Assembly (NCBI GenBank): GCA_043798375.1
Contig: JAZDOS010000028.1
Span: 28,241-92,240, forward strand
Length of the DNA: 64,000 bases
Source: Candidatus Omnitrophota bacterium
Lineage (GTDB): Bacteria > Omnitrophota > Gorgyraeia > 2-01-FULL-45-10
Direction of reading: 5' to 3'
The position numbers and the translations under genes were made by a program. How positions within the stretch are numbered: the first letter of the stretch is position 1; the number at the start of each line of letters is the position of its first letter. Of the stretch, positions 48,467 through 59,314 are shown in pieces. The notes under the pieces were generated by a model, which did no database searches, was not told where the DNA came from, and was given only the letters and a program-made list of their open reading frames with translations.

Positions 48467-49728
48467 AATCTCTTCTTAAGCTCCATTACAATAGAATTTT
48501 TATCGATCAGGATCTGCTTCTTCTGTTCCTCGGTTTCTCTCATATCTTTTAAAACTACCTTATGCTGAGCCAGCTCATTTTCTCCCAAAATCAAAACTAC
48601 CCCGGCATTACTTTTATCGGCGGTTCTCATTTGTGATTTTAACGACGCTTCCGTAATATCGGTAAATACTACTAAATCCGGAAATTCTTTTCTTATCTTC
48701 CCGGCAGCCTGAATACCGTAAATCTTCGCCGCATCGCCTAATGTCGCAATATATACGACTTTTTTAGCTATAGCCGGCTCTTTTTTAAGCGCCATTATTA
48801 TCCTCTCTATCCCGAGGGCATACCCTATGGCGCCGGCGTCCGGACCGCCCAAATCCTTTACAAGGTTGTCATACCGCCCTCCTGCGCCTATGGCGTCTTG
48901 CGCGCCCAGGGCGGTATGCGTAATTTCAAAAACAGGTCCCGTATAATAATCCAACCCTCTGACAAGATTCGCCGACTCGTTGAACTTAATATTCATTTTC
49001 TCCAACAAATCTTTAAGCTTTTTGAAATGGTTTTCGCATCCCGGGCAGAGACTTTTTGAAATATCGGGCGATTCTTTTACTATTTGCCTGCAAGACTCAT
49101 TTTTGCAGTCTAATACTCTTAAGGCGTTCTTACCGGCTCGTTCTTTGCAATCCTGACACAACCGGTCTTTTTTGCCTTCCAAAAATTTTTTTAAGCTTTC
49201 CCCGAAATTTTCTTTGTCTTTCTTGCATCCCAGGCTATTTAGATTTATGACAAAATCTGTCAGCTTAAAAAGCTTAAGCATGTTGTTCAGCTGTGAGATT
49301 ACCTCAGCGTCGGCAAAATGAGACTTGCTTCCAAAAATCTCTACGCCTATCTGGTGGAATTGCCTGGAACGCCCTTTTTGCGGCCTCTCGCTTCTAAACA
49401 TGGGGCCGATGTAATATAACCTTAATACCTGCGAAATCCTGTCCATTGAATGTTCTATATACGCCCTTACTATAGGGGCGGTTCCTTCAGGCCTAAGCGT
49501 CAAAGACCTCTCTTTTCTATCTTTAAAAGTATACATCTCCTTCGTAACTATATCAGTAGTTTCACCTATGCCTCGGACAAAGATGGCAGTATCCTCCAAT
49601 ACAGGCGTCCTTATTTCCATATAACCATAGGATTCAAGATCTGCGCGCGCTTTACGCTCCAAATCCTGCCATAGCTGGATATCCGGCCACAGTATATCTT
49701 CCATTCCCTTTACCGCCTGATATTTCAT
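48460..49728 (-). CDS. hisS: Histidine--tRNA ligase
   Basis: LRPEGTA, RSERPQKGR, VRGLDYY, GGRYD. Confidence 0.97.
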   Translation of the reverse strand: MKYQAVKGMEDILWPDIQLWQDLERKARADLESYGYMEIRTPVLEDTAIFVRGIGETTDIVTKEMYTFKDRKERSLTLRPEGTAPIVRAYIEHSMDRISQVLRLYYIGPMFRSERPQKGRSRQFHQIGVEIFGSKSHFADAEVISQLNNMLKLFKLTDFVINLNSLGCKKDKENFGESLKKFLEGKKDRLCQDCKERAGKNALRVLDCKNESCRQIVKESPDISKSLCPGCENHFKKLKDLLEKMNIKFNESANLVRGLDYYTGPVFEITHTALGAQDAIGAGGRYDNLVKDLGGPDAGAIGYALGIERIIMALKKEPAIAKKVVYIATLGDAAKIYGIQAAGKIRKEFPDLVVFTDITEASLKSQMRTADKSNAGVVLILGENELAQHKVVLKDMRETEEQKKQILIDKNSIVMELKKRLC

Positions 49729-49738
49729 ATATTTTTCC

Positions 49739-49769
49739 CTATACGCTATCCGCTAAACGCTATACTCTA
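49739..49769. repeat. 7-bp-period array
   Basis: ctatacg ctatccg ctaaacg ctatact cta. Confidence 0.85.
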
Positions 49770-50039
49770 TTTGACTTTCTTCTTCATCACCATCCCGGCT
49801 TTGAATGTAACGACTTTCCTCTCGGGTATAGGGACCGTCGCGCCGGTCTTGGGGTTTCTGCCGATCCTCGGCTTTCTCGTCTTCACCTTAAAGACGCCGA
49901 AGTTTCTTAATTCAACCGTCTTCCCTCCGGATAACGCGCTCGTTATATGGTCGAGTGTCCTCTGCACCACCTTTTTCACGTCAACCTGTCTTATGTCGGT
50001 CTCTTCGGTTATCTTCAATACAATATCTTTTTTTGTCAT
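49767..50039 (-). CDS. HU/IHF family DNA-binding protein
   Basis: VELRNFGVF, GRNPKTG. Confidence 0.95.
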   Translation of the reverse strand: MTKKDIVLKITEETDIRQVDVKKVVQRTLDHITSALSGGKTVELRNFGVFKVKTRKPRIGRNPKTGATVPIPERKVVTFKAGMVMKKKVK

Positions 50040-50458
50040 GCTGCCCCCCCGTTAAATATCTTTTTTAAAAAAACGCCTACAGGATTAAGGTCTTCCATCC
50101 TTCTCCTCTTTTCCTTAAGCCTTTCCTGAATATTGTTCAGGAATATGTATGAATCCTTCCAGTCGTTATTGAGCCTCTTTTGATTCTCCTCGGAGATGAA
50201 CCGTATCGTCTCGACGTTCAACACTTCGCTCACCGGGTCGGTGAGGCGGCCGTGAGGCATGTATTTAAATTCCATTATGCCGGTCAGGTCGCCATACTTG
50301 GCTTTGATCACATCCTTCGTCTCGAGAAATTTTTCCTCATCTTCTTTGGAAATGATGCCTTTGGATATTGTGTCATTGTATATGTGATGAAATTTCGTCC
50401 AGAACTCGATGAAACTTTTCACCGCTTTTATGCCGGCTTCGGTCTTTTTGTCTATCAT
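50036..50458 (-). CDS. Hypothetical protein
   Basis: 140-aa ORF coupled to the HU gene. Confidence 0.7.
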   Translation of the reverse strand: MIDKKTEAGIKAVKSFIEFWTKFHHIYNDTISKGIISKEDEEKFLETKDVIKAKYGDLTGIMEFKYMPHGRLTDPVSEVLNVETIRFISEENQKRLNNDWKDSYIFLNNIQERLKEKRRRMEDLNPVGVFLKKIFNGGAA

Positions 50459-50540
50459 AACATTTTGCTCTATAATGGGTTATGTTATCATCGCCGTCGA
50501 GTAAAGTCAATCTAATATTTACCGAAGGTGCCCTGCTTAC

Positions 50541-50600
50541 CGATACAACCTGCGAGGTTTGCCGGCAGCTATCTACCTGTTAACCTCGCAGGTTGTATCG
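50541..50600. repeat. REPIN-like doublet copy 4
   Basis: Same 60 bp as the core of copy 5. Confidence 0.92.
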
Positions 50601-50610
50601 AAGGTGCCCC

Positions 50611-50633
50611 GAAGGTGCCTGGCACCTCTTTTG
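50611..50633. repeat. AGGTGCC-T-GGCACCT REP-like palindrome
   Basis: Identical to 44744-44766. Confidence 0.82.
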
Positions 50634-50635
50634 TT

Positions 50636-53600
50636 TTACGTCTTGAAGCTCACGACGTCGCGGCCGAAGAGCTTTTCGACGTCGCGGACGAGCCCTTCGT
50701 GAGGCTCGACCGACAAGGTCCTCGACGCGGATACCAGCGTGCGCTCGCCGTCCGGCTTCTTGAACGCCATATATACGGGTATGCGGCCCGGATATCTGGC
50801 AAGCACCTTCTTCAGTTTCTCCAGCGAGCCTGTCTCAAGCCCGGCCGTCAGGAGGTCTATTATCACGGTCTTAGTGTACTTCATGCGGACCGAATCGAGC
50901 GAGGCGATCTCATTTGCCACTATCTTCGGCTCTTCCTCTCTGAGGCTCAAGCGGCCTTTGACAAAAACTATCGCATCCTGTTTTACAAGGTTGGCGCACT
51001 TAGAAAATGTGCTGGGAAATACCAGCGTCTCGACCATGCCCTCCAAATCCTCAAGCCCTACTATCGCCATCTTCTCGTTCGTCTTCCTTGTAGTGGTGAA
51101 TTTAACCTTTGCTATGATACCTCCGAGCAGGATTTCTTCGCCGTCCGAGCGGTTCCGTAATCCGGTCGTGGCGCAGGTCGAATACGTCTTTAAAATCTTT
51201 TCAAATCTCGCCAGCGGATGATTTGTTATATAAAACCCGAGGAGTTCTTTTTCATAGGCCAGAAGCTGATTTTCCGGCCACTCGGGGATATTCGGCGTCT
51301 CCTGGAATGTCTTCTTGAAGTTTTCCTGGTCCTCGAATTTATCGAAGAACGAAAGCTGGCCGGCTATCTTGTCTTTCTGGATGCCTCCGGCCACTTCCAG
51401 CGCCTTGTCGATCATTGCCGAAAGCTGAGAGCGGTATAAGCCCAAAGAATCCATCGCCCCGCATTTTATAAGGCTTTCGATTACTTTTCTGTTCACAAGC
51501 CTGGAGTCGACTTTCTCGGTAAAATCGTAGATCGATTTGAATTTGCCTGATCGGCCGCGCATGTTTATGATGGAATCTATTGCGCCATGCCCCACGTTCT
51601 TGACTGCGAGAAGCCCGAACCTTATCGAGCCCCCCACAACGGTAAAGTTGGCGTAACTTTCGTTCACGTCCGGCGGCAGTATCTTTATATTCATCTTCAC
51701 CGCCTCATTGATATATGTCGCGATCTTGTCGAGGTTGTCTTTTTCGCTTGTCAGAAGCGCTGTCATGAATTCAACCGGATAGTTCGCCTTGAGATACGCG
51801 GTCCTGTAGCTTATCATGGCGTAGGCGGCCGAATGCGATTTGTTGAAACCGTACCCGGCGAAATATTCTATCTGGTCGAATATCTTGGATGCGGATCTTT
51901 TATCTATACCGTTCTTGATGCATCCCGATACGAAATGCTCCCTCATCTCGATCATAACCTCGGGCGTCTTCTTTGCCATCGCGCGCCGGAGGTTATCGGC
52001 TTCGGCGAGCGAGAAACCCGCTAAGGACGAAGCGATCCTCATCGCCTGTTCCTGGAACAATATCACACCATAAGTTTCCTTTAATATCGGTTCCAGCTGC
52101 GGATGGTCGTAGCGTATCCTGGTCTCGCCGTGCTTCCTCTTCATGAAGTCATCCAGCATCCCCGACCCTATCGGGCCGGGCCTGAATAGCGCAAGGAGCG
52201 CGATAATATCCTCGAACTTCTCCGGTTTCAATTTCTTCAGAAGGTCCCTCATACCCGAGCTTTCCAGCTGGAAGACCCCGACAGACTCGGCATTGGCAAG
52301 AAGCTTGTAAGTTTTTTTATCGTCCATCAATATCTTATTTATATCCAGATCTATGCCCTTGGTGCGCTTTATGATCTTTATAGCCTCACTTACAACCGTG
52401 AGCGTGCGCAGGCCCAGAAGGTCCATCTTGAGAAGCCCTATCTTCTCAAGCGACGTCATCGGATAGCCGGTCGTGATCTGGCCATCCTGGATTTTATAGA
52501 GGGGCACATGATTTACGAGCGGCTCTTCGCTTATGACGACGCCGGCCGCATGGGTAGAAGCGTGCCTGGTGAGGCCTTCGAGCACAAGCGACGTATCTAT
52601 GAGCTGGGCGATCTTAGAATCGTTTTTGTAGAGGCTTCTTAATTCCGGCTCCTGTTCGAGCGCGTGATTTAACGTCATGTTAAGGTCGTTGGGAATGAGT
52701 TTCGCGATCTTGTCGACATCGGCATAAGCCATCCCGAGCGCGCGGCCCGTGTCCCTTATCACGGCCTTCGCCATCATAGTCCCGAAAGTTATTATCTGCG
52801 CGACATTGTCCCTGGAATATTTCTTCACGACGTAATCGATGACTTCGTTGCGCCTCTCGTAACAGAAATCTATATCGATATCCGGCAGGCTTATCCTTTC
52901 CGGGTTCAGGAATCTTTCGAAGAGGAGGTCGTATCTTAACGGGTCGATGTCGGTTATGCCAAGGGCATAGCTAACGACGCTTCCGGCAGCGCTTCCGCGG
53001 CCGGGCCCTACCGGAATAAGGTTCTGTTTCGCGTAGTGGACAAAATCCCACGCTATCAGAAAGTAGCTTGTGTATCCGAAATTCTCTATGACCTTCAACT
53101 CATGCTCGACGCGCTCCTTAACAACCTTATCGTCATCCGGATACCTGGATTTCAAACCGTCCTGCACAATTTCTCTTAAGTACCCTTCCCTGGTTTTGCC
53201 TTCCGGGACCTTGAAATTCGGAAGATGCGCTTTTTTGAAATCGAGTTCGAGATTGCACTTTTCAGCTATCGCAATCGTAGCCCTGAGGGCCTCCGGCGCA
53301 AGATCCCCGAAGGTGCGGCTCATCTCGTTCTTTGATTTTAAATAAAATTCATCCGTCTGGAGGCGCATCCTGTTCGGGTCATCGACCGTCGTTTGCGTCT
53401 GGATGCACAAAAGCGTTTCGTGAGCCCGCGCGTGCTCTTTTTCGAGATAATGGACATCGTTCGTGGCAACGAGCCCTATACTCATATCTTTGGAAAGTTT
53501 TATCAGTTCCTCGTTCACCTTTTCCTGTTCGGGTATAAGATTATCCTGGATCTCGAGGTAGAAATTCTCCTTACCGAACATGGACCTATATTCATCTATG

Positions 53601-54082
53601 ACCTTCTTCGCCTGGTCCAGCTGGTTGGTGTATATCAGGTGAGGTATCTCGCCCTTGAGGCAGGCGGTCGTGCAGATGAGGCCGTCTTTATATTTGGCGA
53701 GGACTTCCTTGTCGATCCTCGGCCTGTAATAGAAACCTTCGAGAAATCCTATCGAGACAAGTTTTAAAAGGTTCCTGTATCCTGCCTCGTTCTTGGCCAG
53801 CAGGATTAAATGAAACGACGCCTCCTGTATTCCATGGCTTGTTTTTTCGAACCGGGAATCCGGAGCGATATAGACTTCGCTTCCGATGATCGGCTTAATG
53901 CCGTTCTTCATGGCGATGTCGTAAAATTCGATCGCGCCGAACATGTTGCCGTGGTCGGTCATGGCGCAGGCGGGCATCTTCTCTTCTTTTAATTTTTGTA
54001 TAAGGTTTTCGAGTATGCAGGCGCCGTCAAGCAGGCTGTACTGCGTGTGGACGTGAAGGTGGACGAAGTCAGAATGTGTCAT
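50636..54082 (-). CDS. dnaE: DNA polymerase III alpha subunit
   Basis: FVHLHVHTQYSLLDG, GPGRGSAAGS, PDIDIDF, YGFNKSH. Confidence 0.98.
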   Translation of the reverse strand: MTHSDFVHLHVHTQYSLLDGACILENLIQKLKEEKMPACAMTDHGNMFGAIEFYDIAMKNGIKPIIGSEVYIAPDSRFEKTSHGIQEASFHLILLAKNEAGYRNLLKLVSIGFLEGFYYRPRIDKEVLAKYKDGLICTTACLKGEIPHLIYTNQLDQAKKVIDEYRSMFGKENFYLEIQDNLIPEQEKVNEELIKLSKDMSIGLVATNDVHYLEKEHARAHETLLCIQTQTTVDDPNRMRLQTDEFYLKSKNEMSRTFGDLAPEALRATIAIAEKCNLELDFKKAHLPNFKVPEGKTREGYLREIVQDGLKSRYPDDDKVVKERVEHELKVIENFGYTSYFLIAWDFVHYAKQNLIPVGPGRGSAAGSVVSYALGITDIDPLRYDLLFERFLNPERISLPDIDIDFCYERRNEVIDYVVKKYSRDNVAQIITFGTMMAKAVIRDTGRALGMAYADVDKIAKLIPNDLNMTLNHALEQEPELRSLYKNDSKIAQLIDTSLVLEGLTRHASTHAAGVVISEEPLVNHVPLYKIQDGQITTGYPMTSLEKIGLLKMDLLGLRTLTVVSEAIKIIKRTKGIDLDINKILMDDKKTYKLLANAESVGVFQLESSGMRDLLKKLKPEKFEDIIALLALFRPGPIGSGMLDDFMKRKHGETRIRYDHPQLEPILKETYGVILFQEQAMRIASSLAGFSLAEADNLRRAMAKKTPEVMIEMREHFVSGCIKNGIDKRSASKIFDQIEYFAGYGFNKSHSAAYAMISYRTAYLKANYPVEFMTALLTSEKDNLDKIATYINEAVKMNIKILPPDVNESYANFTVVGGSIRFGLLAVKNVGHGAIDSIINMRGRSGKFKSIYDFTEKVDSRLVNRKVIESLIKCGAMDSLGLYRSQLSAMIDKALEVAGGIQKDKIAGQLSFFDKFEDQENFKKTFQETPNIPEWPENQLLAYEKELLGFYITNHPLARFEKILKTYSTCATTGLRNRSDGEEILLGGIIAKVKFTTTRKTNEKMAIVGLEDLEGMVETLVFPSTFSKCANLVKQDAIVFVKGRLSLREEEPKIVANEIASLDSVRMKYTKTVIIDLLTAGLETGSLEKLKKVLARYPGRIPVYMAFKKPDGERTLVSASRTLSVEPHEGLVRDVEKLFGRDVVSFKT

Positions 54083-55242
54083 TTTCCCATTCCAACCCGC
54101 TGGGCGGCTTGGAAAACTTTTCCTTCTGTCTGTATGGACGGCGCGATGATTATTTCCGTCTTATGCATCCGGCTGATAGATTTGGCGCCGACATTTCCCA
54201 TCGAAGTCTGAAGAGCGCCCATGAGGTTCTGCGAACCGTCATCAACTTTCGCGGGGCCGTACAGGATCTCCTCAAGGCTGCCGGTGACTCCGACCCTTAT
54301 GCGCGTTCCCCTGGGAAGGTTCGCGTGCGGCGTCGCCATTCCCCAGTGGTAGCCTCTTCCGGGCGCTTCCTTGGATCTGGCAAAGGCGCTTCCTACCATT
54401 ACGGCATCGGCGCCGCAGGCAAATGCCTTGCAGATATCGCCGCCCGTAGACATGCCGCCGTCGGTAATTATCGGAATATACCTCTTCTTCTTTTTGTAAT
54501 ACGCGTTTCTTGCGGCCGCGCAGTCGATCGTCGCCGTAACCTGAGGAACGCCTATTCCCAGAACACCTCTTGTAGTGCATGCGGCGCCCGGCCCTATGCC
54601 GACCAATAGGCCGCTGATACCCGTGTCCATAAGTTCCAGCGCGACTTCGTAGGTAACGCAATTACCTATAACGATCGGGATCTTCATCGACTTGCAAAAC
54701 TTGTAGAAATCGAGCGCTTTGTATTTCCGCGCGACATGCTTCACCGTCGTCACTGTCGATTGGACGATGAATATATCCGCTCCGGCTTCCTGCGCGATAC
54801 GGCCGAATTTTTCAGCCCTCTGCGGGATCGAACTTACAACCGCGGGGACTTTCGCGCGCTTTATCTCTTCTATTCTCCTGGAAACGAGTTTATCTTTGAT
54901 GGGCGCTTCATATATGAGCTGGACGAGCCTTGTGGCCTCTTCGGGCGAGGCGTGAGCGATCCTGTCCAGAACCTCGTTCGGATTTTCATATCTGGTCTGG
55001 ACGCCTTCGAGGTTCAGGACCGCGATCCCGCCCATCTTCCCCATCGCTATAGCGAACTTAACATCAACGACGCCGTCCATCGCCGCGGCCAGGATGGGAA
55101 CGTTATAGCGTTTACCGCCTATCTCCCACGAGGTATCGACTTCGTCCGGATTTATAGTAATCCTTCCCGGGACAAGGGCTATCTCGTCAAAGCCGTAACA
55201 ACGCCGCGCCTTCCTGTCAACGCCTATAAAGAATTGTGCCAT
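54079..55242 (-). CDS. guaB3: GuaB3-family IMP dehydrogenase-related protein
   Basis: YGFDEIALVP, GIGPGAACTTR, HWGMAT. Confidence 0.9.
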   Translation of the reverse strand: MAQFFIGVDRKARRCYGFDEIALVPGRITINPDEVDTSWEIGGKRYNVPILAAAMDGVVDVKFAIAMGKMGGIAVLNLEGVQTRYENPNEVLDRIAHASPEEATRLVQLIYEAPIKDKLVSRRIEEIKRAKVPAVVSSIPQRAEKFGRIAQEAGADIFIVQSTVTTVKHVARKYKALDFYKFCKSMKIPIVIGNCVTYEVALELMDTGISGLLVGIGPGAACTTRGVLGIGVPQVTATIDCAAARNAYYKKKKRYIPIITDGGMSTGGDICKAFACGADAVMVGSAFARSKEAPGRGYHWGMATPHANLPRGTRIRVGVTGSLEEILYGPAKVDDGSQNLMGALQTSMGNVGAKSISRMHKTEIIIAPSIQTEGKVFQAAQRVGMGK

Positions 55243-55345
55243 ATTTTTCTCCGTGATATAAGATTATGAACAGAGGAAACGTGTTAGAGGATAATATGAT
55301 ATATAATAAGGGGCTCGTTGTCAATAAATAAAAGGGTAAAAATAA

Positions 55346-55409
55346 ACCGATACAACCTGCGAGGTTTGCCGGCAGCTATCTACCTGTTAACCTCGCAGGT
55401 TGTATCGGT
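55346..55409. repeat. REPIN-like doublet copy 5
   Basis: accgatacaacctgcgaggtt..aacctcgcaggttgtatcggt. Confidence 0.92.
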
Positions 55410-55454
55410 AAAGAAAATAAAAGGGTCACATCCTTTTATTTCCAACTTGCTCTC

Positions 55455-57189
<1,735 letters not shown>

Positions 57190-57192
<3 letters not shown>

Positions 57193-57477
57193 TTTAACTA
57201 TCGCCAGAATATCCTCTTCCTTCAATATCAGATATTCTTTCCCGTCGACCGTAATCTCTGTCCCGGAATATTTTCCGAACAGAATCTTGTCGCCTGCCTT
57301 CACTTCCGGCGCGATGTTCTTGCCTTCATCCGAAATTTTCCCCTTGCCTACCGCGATTACCTCTGCCTCCTGCGGCTTCTCTTTCGCGGTATCAGGCAGC
57401 ACTATGCCGCCCTTCGTCACTTCTTTGGCTTCCAGAACGCTGACCATTATCCTGTCCGCCAATGGTTGAATCTTCAT
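57190..57477 (-). CDS. groS: Co-chaperonin GroES
   Basis: MKIQPLADR, GGIVLPDTAKEKP; GGAGG RBS. Confidence 0.97.
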
Positions 57478-57506
57478 ATCCACACCTCCTTTGAAATTTT
57501 CCGGTT

Positions 57507-57533
57507 TTAGCACTCACCTAAAGGGAGTGCTAA
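57507..57533. promoter_or_regulatory. CIRCE element (HrcA operator)
   Basis: TTAGCACTC-acctaaagg-GAGTGCTAA, exact consensus. Confidence 0.97.
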
Positions 57534-57542
57534 CAGAAACCT

Positions 57543-57570
57543 ATTATACAAAATCGTGAGTTTTTGTCAA
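57543..57570 (-). promoter_or_regulatory. Sigma70 promoter of groESL
   Basis: TTGACA-16-TATAAT. Confidence 0.85.
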
Positions 57571-57590
57571 GGAAAATTTTTTAAAATTTT

Positions 57591-58340
57591 TTAAATTTTC
57601 CGGTGGATAAGATAGAGGCCTTTTAAGGTGAGGTCCGCGTCGACCGCATGGATGGACTTCGCGTAAATTTTCATAAGGGAGGCGTTGCCGCCGGTCGCTA
57701 TAACTTTCAGGCCCTTACCCAATATCTTCCTGTATTCGAAAATGAGCCCGTCGCACATCTTGCCAAAGCCGAACAGTATTCCGCCGCGCATGCTGTTTAC
57801 CGTGTCCTTACCTATAATATCATGCGCTCTTTTCAATTTGACCTTCGGCAGGAGCGCCGTATCCCTGTAAAGGCCCGCGAGCGACATATCTATACCCGGC
57901 AGTATCAGCCCGCCCAGATACTCGCCCTTTTTTGATACGAGATCGAACGTTATCGCCGTTCCGAAATCGATTATCGCGCAGGGCGCGCCATAGATGGATG
58001 CGGCGGCGTAAGCATTAACTAATCTATCCTGGCCGACTTCGCTCTTTATCCTGTATAGATTCTTTACCGGAACCAATACGTCCCGCCCGACTATCGATAC
58101 GCGGCAATTCCCGATTTTGTTCAGCGACGCGGTCAGCCTGGATAAGGCAGGCGGTACTACGCTCGATATGATAATATCGGATGATGGAAACTTTCGAAAA
58201 TTTTTATCATACAGGGAATAGGAGTTCGTCGGGATCTTCATCTTTTTTATCAGCCGTTCCCCCTTGAATACGCCAATGGTAATATTGGTATTTCCTATAT
58301 CTACCGCTATCAAACGATCCTGCCTATTCACTTTATTCAC
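57591..58340 (-). CDS. coaX: Type III pantothenate kinase
   Basis: DIGNTN, GQDR, IDFGTAITFD, GGLILPG, ATGG. Confidence 0.95.
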   Translation of the reverse strand: MNKVNRQDRLIAVDIGNTNITIGVFKGERLIKKMKIPTNSYSLYDKNFRKFPSSDIIISSVVPPALSRLTASLNKIGNCRVSIVGRDVLVPVKNLYRIKSEVGQDRLVNAYAAASIYGAPCAIIDFGTAITFDLVSKKGEYLGGLILPGIDMSLAGLYRDTALLPKVKLKRAHDIIGKDTVNSMRGGILFGFGKMCDGLIFEYRKILGKGLKVIATGGNASLMKIYAKSIHAVDADLTLKGLYLIHRKI

Positions 58341-59314
58341 CTCGCCATAACGATGTCACCTGACGAAACCTTCTCCAGGACTCCCGACTCTGTCCTCACA
58401 ACGAGTGAGCCATGTTCATCTATATTATGCACCTGGCCTTCGAACTGCCTATTCTGCATGATGACCTTTATCCTCGACCCAAGCATGGCCGAGAGTTCTT
58501 TCCATTCTTCTATTACCGGCTTAAATCCGTTTTTCTTCATAAGAAAATAGTCGCTTTCGAGATTCTCGAGCACTCTTCCCGTCAATTCTATTCTCGAGAG
58601 GTCCTCAGCCTTCCCCGCGCGCCGCAACTCTTCTTTAAGGGATGACGCGCCTTTAGGGAGAAGGCGAATGGGCGTATTAACATTGATGCCAATACCTATT
58701 ATAATAAAATCGACCATATCCTGCTCGGCTTTCATTTCGGTAAGTATGCCGCACACCTTTCTCGTGTTTACAAGTATATCATTGGGCCACTTTATCATCG
58801 CGTTAAGGCCGGTTAATTGCCTAATCGATTTAGCGGCCGCCACCGCGGAAAGAAGCGTTATTTTCGGGATCTCGTTCGGCGTTATCCCGGGCCTCAATAT
58901 GCAGGAGAGGTATATCCCGCCTTTCGAAGGCGAGGCCCAGCGCCTTCCCTGCCGCCCTTTGCCGAGGGCCTGTTCCTCGGCCAATATCACAGTGCCGTCT
59001 TTTGAGCCCTTTTCCGCCAATCCGTACGCCACTGTATTCGTCGAATCCACCTTCTTATATGAAATCAGGGATTTTCCTATGAGGCGTGTCTTCAATTTCC
59101 ACTTTATCTCATCGGGAATAAGGCTGTCCGGTATGCCGATAAGCCGATATCCAAGATGCGGGGAGGCTTCGATATCATAGCCTTCGGCCCTCAGTTTTTC
59201 GATATGTTTCCATATGGCGGCCCTCGATATGCCGGCAAGCTTGCATAGCTCCTCGCCCGATACGTGCGAGTCCGTGTTACTTCTTAATATGCCGAGTATC
59301 TTTTCGTCCAGCAT
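58337..59314 (-). CDS. birA: Bifunctional biotin ligase/repressor
   Basis: N-terminal [23 protein letters not shown]. Confidence 0.95.
   Translation of the reverse strand: MLDEKILGILRSNTDSHVSGEELCKLAGISRAAIWKHIEKLRAEGYDIEASPHLGYRLIGIPDSLIPDEIKWKLKTRLIGKSLISYKKVDSTNTVAYGLAEKGSKDGTVILAEEQALGKGRQGRRWASPSKGGIYLSCILRPGITPNEIPKITLLSAVAAAKSIRQLTGLNAMIKWPNDILVNTRKVCGILTEMKAEQDMVDFIIIGIGINVNTPIRLLPKGASSLKEELRRAGKAEDLSRIELTGRVLENLESDYFLMKKNGFKPVIEEWKELSAMLGSRIKVIMQNRQFEGQVHNIDEHGSLVVRTESGVLEKVSSGDIVMAR

Noticed and set aside
48460-49728. hisS looks more AT-rich than its neighbours (possible gene replacement)
   Set aside because: Spot counts vary widely in aspS too; cannot be supported without computed GC or codon statistics and a phylogeny.
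50528-51160. Plus-strand 210-aa ORF starting in the REPIN
   Set aside because: Its N-terminus is translated repeat and the rest is antisense to dnaE.
50636-54082. Intein in dnaE
   Set aside because: Length and motif spacing are normal; no splicing motifs seen.
27701-55409. Repeated ~60-bp palindromic units as a CRISPR array
   Set aside because: Copies are kilobases apart, with no repeat-spacer tandem structure and no cas genes.
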